Shown here: positions 50,715 to 63,762 of the stretch, in pieces
How the letters are laid out: every line of letters begins with the position of its first letter
Numbering within the stretch: the stretch's first letter is position 1
Assembly: GCA_038087875.1 (NCBI GenBank)
Contig: JAXLNO010000362.1
Coordinates: forward strand, 186,001-250,000
DNA length: 64,000 nucleotides
Reading direction: 5' to 3'
Source of the DNA: Malacoraja senta
Taxonomy: Eukaryota
The notes under the pieces: model-generated
Seen by the model: the letters and a program-made list of their open reading frames with translations, nothing else
The model's database searches: none
What the model was told of the DNA's origin: nothing
Position numbers and translations under genes: made by a program

Positions 50715-52066
50715 CAGATTATTATCTCAATGGGGTTAGGTTAGGTAAGGGGGGGGGGGGGTGCAACGAGACCTGGGCGTCCTTGTACACCGGTCACTGA
50801 AAGTTGGCTTACAGGTACAGCAGGCAGTGAAGAAAGCTAATGGAATGTTGGCCTTCATAACAAGAGGATTTCAGTATAGGAGTAAAGAGGTTCTTCTGCG
50901 TAGGGCTCTGGTGAGACCACATCTGGAGTATTGTGCACAGTTTTGGTCTCCTAATTTGAGGAAGGACATCCTTGTGATTGAGGCAGTGCAGCGTAGGTTC
51001 ACGAGCTTGATGGGATGGCGGGACTATCATATGAGGAAAGATTGAAAAGGCTAGGCTTGTATTCACTGGAGTTTAGAAGGATGAGGGGGATCTTATAGAA
51101 ACATATAAACTTGTAAAAGGACTGGACAAGCTAGATGCAGGAAAAATGTTCCCAATCTTGGGCAAGTCCAGAACCAGGGGCCACAGTCTTAGAATAATGG
51201 GGAGGTTATTTAAGACTGAGGTGAGAAGAAACTTTTTCACCCAGAGAGTTGTGAATTTATGGAATTCCCTGCCACAGAGGGCAGTGGAGGCCAAGTCACT
51301 GGATGGATCTAAGAGAGAGTTAGATAGAGCTCTAGGGGCTAGTGGAGTCAAGGGATATGGGGAGAAGGCAGGCACGGGTTATTGATAGTGGACGATCAGC
51401 CATGATCACAATGAATGGCGGTACTGGCTCGAAGGGCCGAATGGCCTCCTGCACCTATTTTCTATGTTTCTATGTTTCTATCTAGAGAGATAAAGAACAC
51501 TAAATGTAAGATCAGAGAGCAGGAACTTGATCATTGGCCAGATGAGCTGATGAATGGTTAATTGAACTTAAATCAGACAAATGTGAGATGTTGCATTTTG
51601 GGACGTCTAACAAGAGCAGCACCAACACAGTAAATGGTCGGCCTCTGGGGAGTGTTGTAGAGCAGAGGGATCAAGGAGTGCAGGTGCAAGGTTCCTTGAA
51701 GGTCAAGTCGCAGGTAGATCGGGTGGTCAAAAAGGCTTTTGGCACACTGGCCTTCACCAGTCAGAGTATTGAGTATAGAAGTTGGGTGATCATGTTGCAG
51801 TTGTATAAGATGTTGGTGAGACCACATTTAGAATATTGTGTTCGGTTCTGGGCACCATGTTACAGGAAAGATATTATCAAGCTTGAAAGGGTTCAGAGAA
51901 GATTTCTGAGAATGTTGCCAGGACTAGAGGGCCTGAGCTACAGGGAGAGGTTGAGCAGGCTGGGTCTCTATTCCTTGGAGCACAGGTGGATAAGGGGTGA
52001 TCTTATAGAGGTGAAAAGATCATGAGGGGAATAGATTGACACGTTTAAACCTTTGTTTGTCTTTAG

Positions 52067-52348
52067 ATGCTCCACAAAATCTCTCAATCACTTCCCACGA
52101 CGATGCGAACAGTTCCCGGGTCATTGTAAAGGAAGGAAACTTTGCAGCGATCCTCTGCTCCGTCCAGAGTTTCCCAGCATCTAACCTGACGTGGGGACAT
52201 CTCGGTGTCACGCTGAACACAACATTTTCCAGCAACGAGCTGTGGATGCAGTTCCCTCAGCTGACACGGCAGAACGCTGGGGTCTATCAGTGTGTGGCGG
52301 AGAATGAACACGGGACAGCAGAGAGGGATGTGACCCTCACTGTAGAAT
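52067..52348 (+). CDS. Siglec/MAG-like gene: Ig exon D4, copy a
   Basis: YAPQNLSI...VKEGNFAAILCSVQSFPASNLTW...NAGVYQCVAENEHGTAERDVTLTVE; 282 bp; ag/gtgagt, phase 1-1. Confidence 0.92.
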
Positions 52349-52553
52349 GTGAGTAGACACACACTGTCATGTCTATGTAAAGGCAGATGGTTTATTGGCC
52401 CATGAGAGTTGCTGGAATTCACTACACACCCACTCACACTCTTTCACACACACACATGAACATCATCTCTCACACACACACTCTGTCGCTCACACACTCA
52501 CACTCACTCAAACACACACACACATTCTCTCACAAACAATCGCCACACACGCA

Positions 52554-52605
<52 letters not shown>

Positions 52606-55600
52606 ATCTCACACACACACGCACTCACTCACTCAAACACACACACACACATCCTCAAGATCTTGGAGAAAACCCACGCAGGTCACGGGGAGAACGTGCA
52701 AACTCCGTACAGAAAGGCACCGGTGGTCAGGATTGAACCCGGGTCTCTGGCGCTGTGAGGCAGGAGCTCTACCCACTGCGCCACCATGCCGCCCACATCT
52801 ACAGTCTTTTGTGTTCCCCACCTGTATGTAGCCTGTCTCACCTCTGCCTGACATTGTTGGATTATATTGTCTTTCCACCCAGAAACCTTCAATGCCCCCC
52901 TCTATGTATCGTCACTCCTCATGTTGCTTAAACACAAAGTAGTGGAGCAACTCAGTGGGTCAGGCAGCATCTTTAGTCATATAGAGTCTTACAGCATGGT
53001 AACAGGCCCTTTGGCCCAACTTGCCCACACCGGCCAACGAGCCCCATCTACACTAGTCCCACCTGCCCTAATTCGGACCATATCCCTCCAAACAAGTCCT
53101 ATCCATGTTACCTGTCCAAATGTTTTTTAAACGTTGCAATGGTCCCAGCCTCAACTACCTCCTCCGGCAGCTCATTCCTCATAAAAGGACTGGACAAGCT
53201 AGATGCAGGAAAGAAAATTCCAATGTTGGGCGAGTCCAGAACCACGGGCCACAGTCTTAGAATAAAGTGGAGGACATTTAAGACTGATATGAGAATAAAC
53301 TTTTTCACTCAGAGTTGTGAATTTATGGAATTCCCTGCCACAGGGAGCAGTGGAGGCGAAATCACTGGATGGATTTAAGAGACAGTTTGATGAAGCTCTA
53401 GGGGCTAGTGGAATCAAGGGATATGGGGAGAAGGCAGGCAGGGTTATTGATTGGGGACGATCAGCCATGATCACAATGAATGGCGGTGCTGGCTCAAAGG
53501 GCCGAATGGCCTCCTCCTGCATCTATTTTCTATGTTCCATACACTCACCACCCTCTGCATGAAAACAGTTACCCCTCAGGATCCATTAAATCTTCTCCCC
53601 CTCATCTTAAACCTAAGTATAGAATCCTAGCGTGCTCAACCTCTCCCTGTAGTCTGAAGAAGGGTCTCGACCCGAAACGACACCCATTCCTGATCTCCAG
53701 AGATGCTGCCTGTCCCGCTGAGTTATTCCAGCTTTTTGTGTCTACACGATAACAATAGTGTCATCCACTGTGTACACATACAAGATAAGGGAATAACGTT
53801 TAGTGCAAGAAAAAGCCAGTAAAGTCCAATCAAAGATTAATCCGGGACTGCTCTGTGGTTGTGGTAGGATGGTTCAGTTGCCTGATAACAGCTGGGAAGA
53901 AACTGTCCCTGAATCTGGAGGTATGTCTTTTCACACTTCTGTACCTCTTGACCGATGGGAGAGGGGAGAAGAGGGAGTTGCTGGGGAGCGACTCATCCTT
54001 GATTATGGTGCTGGCCTTGCCAAAGCAGCGTGAGGTGTAGATAGAGTCAACCGGCCAACATGCCCCATCTACACTAGTCCCACATGCCTCCATTTGGCCC
54101 TTGTCCCTCCAAACCTGTGCTATCCATGTACCTGTACAACTGTTTCTTAAACATTGGGATAGTCCCAGCCACAACTACCTCCTCTGGCAGCTCGTTCCAT
54201 ACACCCACCACCTTTATGTAGATAAGTTACCCCTCACATTCCATTAAATCGTCTCCCCTCTCATCTTAAATCTATGTCCTCTGGTCCTCGATTCCCCTAC
54301 TCTGGGCAAGAGACTCTGTGCGTCTACCTGATCAATTCCTCCAAATGATTTTGCACACCTCTATAAGATCACTCCTCATCCTCCTGCACCACAAGGAGTC
54401 CCAGCCTGCCCCAACCTCCCTGTAGCTCAGGCCTTGAATCCTGGAGGACAAGGGCAGGTGACATTTCAGGTGAGTTACGTCTTTTATTTACTGTTGTCCT
54501 CTTGAGTTTCATTGCCTGTATACATCGTTATCACCTACCCCAGAGCCAACAACGGACCATTGTGGGCTCGATGTTTTACCTGATCATCGTTGCTTTTGCA
54601 TATCTTTCATTTATTTGTGCCATTTATATCTCGTTTCCAACTCCCCGACTCTCAGTCCGAAGAAGGGCCTGTCAGATTTTCACTTACTGTAACTGCAGGA
54701 AAAATGTTCCTGATGATCGGGGTGTCCAGAACCAGGGGTCATAGTTTAAGAATAAGGGGTAGGCCATCTAGGACAGAGATGAGGACAAACTTTCTTCACC
54801 CAGAGAGTTGTGAATCTATGGAATTCTCTGCCACAGAAGGCAGTTGAGGCCAATTCACTGGATGTTTTCAAGTGAGAGTTACATTAAGCTCTTGGGGCTA
54901 GTGAAATCATGGGATATGGGGAAAAAACAGGAAAGGGGTACTGATTTTAGATGAACAGCCATGATCATATTGAATGGCACTGCTGGCTCGAAGGGCCAAA
55001 TGGCCTATTCCTGCACCTATTTTCTATGTTTCTATGTAACTTGGTCATGCTTGAATATATGGCAATAAAACTCGACCACTTGATATTAAAGCATTCATGC
55101 ATGGTGGAGGTATACTGTAGTCATAGAGTGATACAGTGTGAAAATAGGTCCTTCGGCCCAACTTGCCCACACCCGCCAACATGTCCCATCCACACTACCT
55201 GCTTTTGTTCCATATCCCTCCAAACCTGTCCTATCCATGTATCAGTCTAACTATTTCTTCAATGTTGGGATAGTCCCTGCCTCAACTACCTCCTCTGGCA
55301 GCTTGTTCCGTACACCCACCACCCTTTGTGTGGAAAATGTTACCCCTCAGAAATCTTATCCCTTTCACCTTAATTCTGTCCTCTGGTCCTCGATTCACCT
55401 ACTCTGGGCAAGAGAGTGAATTGAAATGTATATTTCTAATGCATTTAAGATTTATCAAAACTCTTTATTTAAAAAAAAAAGTTATGGTTCCACAAACATA
55501 TACCCCATTTATTATTGTCATGGTTTGATGATTCTAAATTCAAATCAAAATGATATATACGTCAAAAGGACAACGCATACTTTCAAAATACTCTGAATTT

Positions 55601-58600
55601 TTCCCTGAGCAAAACATAATTTTTAAGACTTTGCAAAATAGGAAATGTTATGATTATTTCTTGTCCCTTTTTCCAACTACAAACAAAAAAAATAGCACTT
55701 GTAATTAGAACATATTTAAAAGTATTTCTGTCAAATTTCCTGTACCGTGTAAGGCACTGGCGTCGATCCAGGGATGGGGGGGGGGGAGGGGGATGCGGGA
55801 TATATGCCCCCACTTTTTGAGGTGGGGGTGGCCTGTATTATTATCGGCCAGTTTTTGGAGGTCGAGCAATAACAAAAATAGTAATCACCTGCTCCTATCT
55901 CTGATGTGGGCCCTATAATATCTTAAAAATACTTCAAACAAAAAACATTGAAATCATACTTCTACAATGCACTAAAACATGATTTTAATGCATCAAATTT
56001 CAAAAAGTCCCCACCGTGGGAGAGGGGACACCCCCCTCTCACACCCTCCTCCCATTAAGTCGCTCCATTCCCTCGCCGGGTACCCCCAAGGCCAGTGATC
56101 AGTGATCGTTCAGCCCCCCCACTTTCAAAAACGCTCCGCGGCCCCTGATTAACTACCTGCTGACTAAAGACGTTCTTCCTCACCTCCTTTCTAAAAGAGT
56201 GCCCTTTAATTCTGAGGCTATGACCACTGGTCCTAGACTCTCCCACCAGTGGAGACATCCTCTCCACATCCACTCTATCTATGCCTTTCATTATTCTGTA
56301 AGTTTCAATGAGGTCCCCACCTCAACCTTCTGATCTCCAGTGAGTAGAGGCCTGGTGCTGTCAAGCGCTCATCATATGTTAACACACTCATTCCAGGAAT
56401 CATTCTTGTCAACCTCCAATGGACCCTCTCGAGGGCCAGCACATCTTCCTCAGATATGGAGCCCAAATCTGCTCACAGCATACCAAATATGGCCTGACCA
56501 GCACCTTATAGAGCCTCAGCAGTACATCCCTGTTTTTTGTATTCCAGACCTCTTGATATAAATGCTAGCATTGACTTTGCATTCCTTACTACCGATTCGG
56601 TTTGCAAATTAACTTTTTGCTCGTCCTGCACCAGCACTCCCAAGTCCCTTTGCATCTCTGATTTCTGGATTCTCTCTCCATTTAGAAAATACTCTACACC
56701 TTTACTCTTATTACCAAAATGCATGACTTCACACTCTGCAATACTGAATTTCATCTTCTACTTCTCTGCCCACTCTACTAACCTGCCCAAGCCCTTCTGT
56801 AGAGTCCTTGCTTTCTCTACGCTACCTACCTTAGTATCATCTGCAAACTTGGCCACAAAGCCTTCAATCCCCTTATCCAAATCATTAATATACAACATTA
56901 GGAGAGGAGGCCCCAGCACCGACCCTTGCGGTCTCCACTGGTCACTGGCAGCCAACATGATATAGCTCCTTTAATTGCAACTCTTTGACTACTGCCATTG
57001 AGCCAATCCGCTATCCATGCTAGTATCTTCCCTTTAATACCAGGGGTTCTCATCTTCCCCAGCAGCCTCACGTACGGCACCTTATTGAAGACTTTCAGAA
57101 AATCTAGGTAAAGAAACATAGAAAATAGATGCAGGAGTAGGCCATTCGTCCCTTCCAAGCAGCACCGCCATTGAAAATGATCACGGCTGATCATCCAAAA
57201 TCAGTAGCCCATTCCTGCTTTCTTCCCATATCCCTTGATTCTGTTCGCCCTAAGAGCTAATTCTAACTCTCTCTTGAAAATATCCAGTGAATTGGCCTCC
57301 ACTGCCTTCTGTGGCAGAGATTTCCACAAATTCACAACTCTCTGGGTGAAAAGGATTTTCCTCAACTCAGTCCTAAATGGCCTACCCCTTATTCTTAAAC
57401 TGTGGCCCCTGGTTCTGGACGTCCGCAACATCGGGAACATTTTTCCTGCATCCAGGCTGTCCAATCCCTTCAGAAGTGTTCTATGTTTCTTTAAGATCCC
57501 CTCTCATCCTTCTAAAGTTCAGTGAATACAAGCCCAGTCAAACCATTATTTCCTTATATGTCAGTCCTGCCATCCCAGGAATTAACCTGGTGAACCCACG
57601 CTGCACTCCCTCAATAGCAAGAATGTCCTTCCTCAAATTAGGTGTCCAAAACTGCACACAATACTCCAGGTGTGGTCTCATGAGGGCCCTGTACAACTGC
57701 AGAAGGCCCACCTTGCTCCTTTTCTCAAATCCTCTCGCATTGAAGGCCTACATGCCATTTGCTTTCTTCACTGCTTTCTTTAATCCACAGCCACCCCTCT
57801 GTCTGTCCTGGTATTAACTTCCTCAAAGAAATCCAGCAGATTTGTCAGGCAAGATTTTCCCTTCACAGAACCATGCTGACTTCGGTCCATTTTATCGTGA
57901 ACTTCTAAGTACTGCGTAACCTCTTCCTTTACAATTGACTCTAAAATCTTACCAACCACTGAAGTCAGGCTAACCGGCCTATAGTTTCTGCTCTTCTGCT
58001 TTGATCCCTTCTTGTATAGCGGGATGATATTCGCAAATTTCCAATCTTCATGAACCACTCCTAACTCTAGTGATTCTTGAAATATCACAACTAATGCCTC
58101 CACAATCTCTGAGGCCACCTCATTCAGAACCCCGGGGTGCAGTCCATCCGGTCCAGGTGACTTATCCATCCTCAGACCTTTCAGTTTTCCTAGCACCTTC
58201 TCCTTAGTAATCGCCACTCCACTAACTTCCACCCACTGTCTCTCTAGGATTGCATGCACACTAATGGCGTCCTCCACGGTGAAGGCTGATGCAAAACAGT
58301 TATTCAATTCCTTTTCCATTTCTTGATTTCTCCTGCATCATTCTCCAGCGGCCCAACGTCCACTCTTGCCTCTTTTTTTACTCTCTATATATATCCATAG
58401 AAACTCTTGGTATCCTCTTTTACATTATTGGCCAGCTTACATTCGTACTGAAGATAGACACAAAAAAGCTGGACTAACTCAGCGGGACAGGCAGCATCTC
58501 TGGAGAGAAGGAATGGGTGACATTTCGGGTCGAGGCCCTTCTTCAAGCCGGTTAGGGATAAGGTAAACGATGGATACAGACGATGATGTACACTAGCAAG

Positions 58601-60102
58601 TTTGCGGATGACACAAGGCTTGGTGGCAGTGTGAACTGTGAAGAGGATGTTAGGTGGTTGCAGGGTGACCTGGACAGGTTGAGTGAGTGGGCAGATACAT
58701 GGCAGATGCAGTATAATATAGATAAATGTGAGGTTATCCACTTTGGTGGCAAAAACAAGGGGGCAGATTATTATCTCAATGGGGTTAGGTTAGGTAAGGG
58801 GGAGGTGCAGCGAGACCTGGGCGTCCTTGTACACCGGTCACTGAAAGTTGGCTTACAGGTACAGCAGGCAGTGAAGAAAGCTAATGGAATGTTGGCCTTC
58901 ATAACAAGAGGATTTCAGTATAGGAGTAAAGAGGTTCTTCTGCATAGGGCTCTGGTGAGACCACATCTGGATTATTGTGTACAGTTTTGGTCTCCTAATT
59001 TGAGGAAGGACATCCTTGTGATTGAGGCAGTGCAGCGTAGGTTCACGAGCTTGATGGGATGGCGGGACTGTCATATGAGGAAAGATTGAAAAGACTAGGC
59101 TTGTATTCACTGGAGTTTAGAAGGATGAGGGGACATCTTATAGAAACATATGAACTTGTAAAAGGACTGGACAAGCTAGATGCAGGAAAAATGTTCCCAA
59201 TGTTGGGCAAGTCCAGAACCAGGGGCCACAGTCTTAGAATAATGGGGAGGTTATTTAAGACTGAGGTGAGAAGAAACTTTTTCACCCAGAGAGTTGTGAA
59301 TTTATGGAATTCCCTGCCACAGAGGGCAGTGGAGGCCAAGTCACTGGATGGATCTAAGAGAGAGTTAGATAGAGCTCTAGGGGCTAGTGGAGTCAAGGGA
59401 TATGGGGAGAAGGCAGGCACGGGTTATTGATAGTGGACGATCAGCCATGATCACAATGAATGGCGGTACTGGCTCGAAGGGCCGAATGGCCTCCTGCACC
59501 TATTTTCTATGTTTCTATCTAGAGAGATAAAGAACACTGAATGTAAGATCAGAGAGCAGGAACTTGATCATTGGCCAGATGAGATGATGAATGGTTAATT
59601 GAAGTTAAATCAGACAAATGTGAGATGTTGCATTTTGGGACGTCTAACAAGAGCAGCACCAACACAGTAAATGGTCGGCCTCTGGGGAGTGTTGTAGAGC
59701 AGAGGGATCAAGGAGTGCAGGTGCAAGGTTCCTTGAAGGTCAAGTCGCAGATAGATCGGGTGGTCAAAAAGGCTTTTGGCACACTGGCCTTCACCAGTCA
59801 GAGTATTGAGTATAGAAGTTGGGTGATCATGTTGCAGTTGTATAAGATGTTGGTGAGACCACATTTAGAATATTGTGTTCGGTTCTGGGCACCATGTTAC
59901 AGGAAAGATATTATCAAGCTTGAAAGGGTTCAGAGAAGATTTCTGAGAATGTTGCCAGGACTAGAGGGCCTGAGCTACAGGGAGAGGTTGAGCAGGCTGG
60001 GTCTCTATTCCGTGGAGCACAGGTGGATGAGGGGTGATCTTATAGAGGTGAAAAGATCATGAGGGGAATAGATTGACAGTTTAAACCTTTGTTTGTCTTT
60101 AG

Positions 60103-60384
60103 ATGCTCCACAAAATCTCTCAATCACTTCCCACGACGATGCGAACAGTTCCCGGGTCATTGTAAAGGAAGGAAACTTTGCAGCGATCCTCTGCTCCGTC
60201 CAGAGTTTCCCAGCATCTAACCTGACGTGGGGACATCTCGGTGTCACGCTGAACACAACATTTTCCAGCAACGAGCTGTGGATGCAGTTCCCTCAGCTGA
60301 CACGGCAGAACGCTGGGGTCTATCAGTGTGTGGCGGAGAATGAACACGGGACAGCAGAGAGGGATGTGACCCTCACTGTAGAAT
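60103..60384 (+). CDS. Siglec/MAG-like gene: Ig exon D4, copy b
   Basis: Appears identical to 52067-52348, same splice sites. Confidence 0.92.
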
Positions 60385-61200
60385 GTGAGTAGACACACAC
60401 TAACACGTCCCTCAAAACGTCATAAGTGATAGGGGCAGAATTACATTGTCGAATGGCCATGTCTACTCCACCATTCAATCATGGCTGATCTATCTCTCCC
60501 TCCTAACCCCATTCTCCTGCCTTCTCATAGAGTTATAAAGCCATGGGTTCATAGAGTCCTAGAGTGATACAGCATGGGAACAGCTCAACTTGCTTTCAAC
60601 AGCCTACATGTCCCAGCTACATTAGTCCCACCTGCCCATGTTTGGCCCATATCCCTCCAAACTTGTCCTATCCATGTACTTGTCTGTTTCTTAAATACTG
60701 GGATAGTCCCAGCCTCAACGACCTCCTCTGGCTGCTCATTCCATACAACAACTACCCTTTGTATGAAAAAGTCACCCCCTAGATTCATTTAAAATATTTT
60801 CCCCTTCACCTTGAACCTACTCCTCAGGTCCTCGATTCACCCACTCTGGGCAAGAGACTCCGTGCGTCTACCCGGTCTATTCCTCTCATGATTTTAAACA
60901 CCTCTATAAGATCACCCCTCATCCTCCTGCGCTCCAAGGAAGAGAGTCCCAGCCTGCTCAACCTTTCCCTATACCTCAGGCCCTCTAGTCCTGGCCACAA
61001 CCTCATAAATCTTCTCTGCACCCTTTCCTGCTTGACAACATCTTTCCTGTATTTCCTCTCTCCTCTTCTAAGATGAGAAAGATTAGATACAATTAGTTGA
61101 AGCATTGTGTGCAGTTCTGATCACCCCATTACAGGCAGGATGTGGTCAGGGTGCAGAACGCTGCCTAGATTAGAGAGTATTACCAATAAGGAGTTTTAAG

Positions 61201-61511
61201 GGGGGCACACGGTGGTTCAACGGTAGAGTTGGTGCCTCACAGCACCAGAGAGCCAGGTTCAATCCTCACTGTGGGTGCTTGTCAGTACGGAGTTGGCAAG
61301 TTCATCCCATAACCTACGTGGGTTTTCTTCGGGTGCTCCGGTTTCCTCCCACACTCCAAAGATATACAGGTGTGCAGGTTAATTGGCTTGGTATATTTGT
61401 AAATTGTCCCTAGTGTGTGCAGGATAGTATATGTGTGTGGGGATCGCTGGTCGGCATGGACACAGTGGGCCGAAGGGCCTGTTTCCGTGCTTTATCTCTA
61501 AACTAAACTAA
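61201..61511 (+). mobile_element. Full-length tRNA-derived SINE (HE1-like); further copies at ~12610-12790, 17135-17410, 17830-18035, 18900-19045, 20015-20310, 20790-21000, 33540-33930, 38820-39385, 43680-43820, 52650-52795
   Basis: Box A-like tggttcaacgg, box B-like ggttcaatcc, (CTAAA)n tail. Confidence 0.8.
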
Positions 61512-61939
61512 AGAAGAGGTTGGATAGACTTTCTCTGGAGTTCATGTTCATGTGATGAGAGCACAAAAAGGCCATTCGGCCCATCAAGTCTACTCTGCCA
61601 TTCGATCATGGCTGATCTATTTCTCCCTCCCCTGCCCCATTCCCCTGCCTTCTCCCCATAACCTCTGACTCCCGTACTAATCAAGAATCTATCTATCTCT
61701 GCCTTAAATATATCCACTGACTTGGCCTCCACTGCCATCTGTGGCAAAGAATTCCACAGATTCACCACCCAGTTGAAAGGCTGAGGGGAGACCTGATAGA
61801 AATATATAAAACTATGAGTTGCATTGAGAAGGTAGGCAGTCAGAATCTTTTTCACATGGTGCAAATGTCAAGGTTGAGAGGGCAGAGCTTTAAGGTGAGA
61901 GGGGAAAATGGTAAAGGAGATGTGTGGGGCAACTTTTAC

Positions 61940-62545
61940 AATATGATACGACACAATATAACTTTATTTATCCCAGGAGAGTACTAAAAACACAAAATAC
62001 CTGAAATACGAAATTAAAGTGACGAGTGGAAAGGCTTGGGGGCTGTGCAAAGATTACGTGGGAGGGGGGTGGTGGGGAGGCGAGTCAGTCTCAGTCTACA
62101 CTACGACAGAAGGGGGAGGAGTTGTACAGTTTGATAGCCACGGGTAAGAAGGATCTCCTGTGGCGTTCTGTCCTGCATCTTGGTGGAACCAGTCTGTTGC
62201 TGAAGGTGCTCCTCAGGTTGACCAATGTGTCACGGAGGGGGTGAGCTGTATTGTCCAGGATGCTCCACAGTTTGAGGAGCATCCGCCCCTCCAAGACCAA
62301 CCTCCTATGAATCCAACTCCGCCCCCAGGACAGAGCCGGCCTTCCTGATGAGCTTGTTGATCCCATTGGCGTTCGCAGCCTTCACCTTGTTGTCCCGGCA
62401 CACGGCAGCGAAGAAGATGGCACTGGCCACCACTGATTAGTAGAACATCTGCAGCTCCGTGCTGCAGATGTTGAAGGAGGGGAGCCTTCTCAGAAAGCTC
62501 TGTCCCTTCTTGTACAGGGCCTCAGAGTTCTTGGATCAGACCCGT
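61940..62545 (-). mobile_element. Rex1/Babar-like LINE 3' fragment (second family)
   Basis: ILDNTAHPLRDTL...RCRTERHRRSFLPVAIKLYN; gggataaataaag tail. Confidence 0.75.
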
Positions 62546-63468
62546 TTACTGAAGATAGACACTAAATGCTGGAGCAGACAAAAATGCTGGAGAAACTCAG
62601 CGGGTGAGGCAGCATCTATGGAGCGAATGAAATGGGCAACGTTTCGTGTCGAGACCCTTCTTCAGACTGATGTGAGGGTGGGGGGGGCGGGAAGAAGAAA
62701 GTAAGAGTCGGAGACAGTGGGCTGAGGGACAGCAGGGAAGGAGAGGAGAAAGCCGGGACTACCTGAAATTAGAGAAGTCAATGTTCATACCGTTGAGGTG
62801 TAAACTGCCCAAGTGAAATATGAGGTGCTGCTCCTCCAATTTACGGTGGGCCTCACTCTGGCCATGGAGGAGGCCCAGGACAGAAAGGTCAGATTCGGAA
62901 TGTGAGGAAGAGTTGAAGTGCTGAGTCACTGGGAGATCAGGTTGGTCATTGCAATGCTGGAGTAACTCAGCGGGACAGGCAGCATCTCTGGAGGGAAGGA
63001 ATAGGTGACGTTTTGGGGTGAGACCCTTCTTCAGACTGATGATATTTGTATAAGGTACTTGTACTCCCTGGTAAACTGTTTAACAGACCATGGAGAGCAT
63101 CTGCAACATGCTGTCAAGGGCGGTGATGGAGGCAGATAGGACAGTTCCTTCTCTCCAGAGATGCTGCCTGTCCCGCTGAATTTATTCCAGCATTTTGGGT
63201 TTGATCTCCTAGAAACATAGAAAAATAGTTGCAGGAGTAGGCCATTCAGCCCTTCAAGCCAGCACCACCATTCAATATGATCTTGGCTAATCTACTAAAA
63301 TCAGTACCCCCGAGTCCTGCTTTTTCCCCATATCCCTTGATTCCTTTAGCCCTAAGCGCTAAATCTAACTCTCTTGAAAAAAATCCAGTGAACTGGACTC
63401 CACTGCCTTCTGTGGCAGAGAATTGCACAGATTCACAACTCTCTCGTGTCTTGTTCCTCCCTCTCCAG

Positions 63469-63762
63469 ATGCGCCAGAGATTTTCTGGGATTCGCGATGC
63501 ACTCACACACCTGAGAGTGTCACCTGTGTGTGTGCGGCCAGGTGCAACCCACCCGGAGAGCTCACCTGGCGCCTCCCCCTCGCCAACATCAGCGGAAATC
63601 AAACCCACGGACGTCTCCACATCTGGCAGGTGGCAAGCGGGCATCTGGTGTATGGCTCCCTCACTCTGAGAGGGGGTGAGGGAGGGGAGGACATGACGGC
63701 CTTGTGCTCAGTCCGAAACCGGCACGGGGAAGCCATGCTCATGGTGTATCTGTTGATGGAAG
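63469..63762 (+). CDS. Siglec/MAG-like gene: membrane-proximal Ig exon resembling MAG domain 5
   Basis: YAPEIFWDSRCTHTPESVTCVCAARCNPPGELTWRLPLANISGN...ALCSVRNRHG; S-x-C...C-x-C pattern as in MAG D5; cag acceptor and gtgagg donor, phase 1-1. Confidence 0.88.

Larger units (their letters stand above)
43400..60401 (+). repeat. Tandem segmental duplication: unit A 43400-52348 and unit B 52349-60384 (intron plus Ig exon)
   Basis: Colinear, near-identical sequence and ORF series in both units; includes (CA)/(CT) microsatellites at ~43470-43680 and ~52420-52650. Confidence 0.95.
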
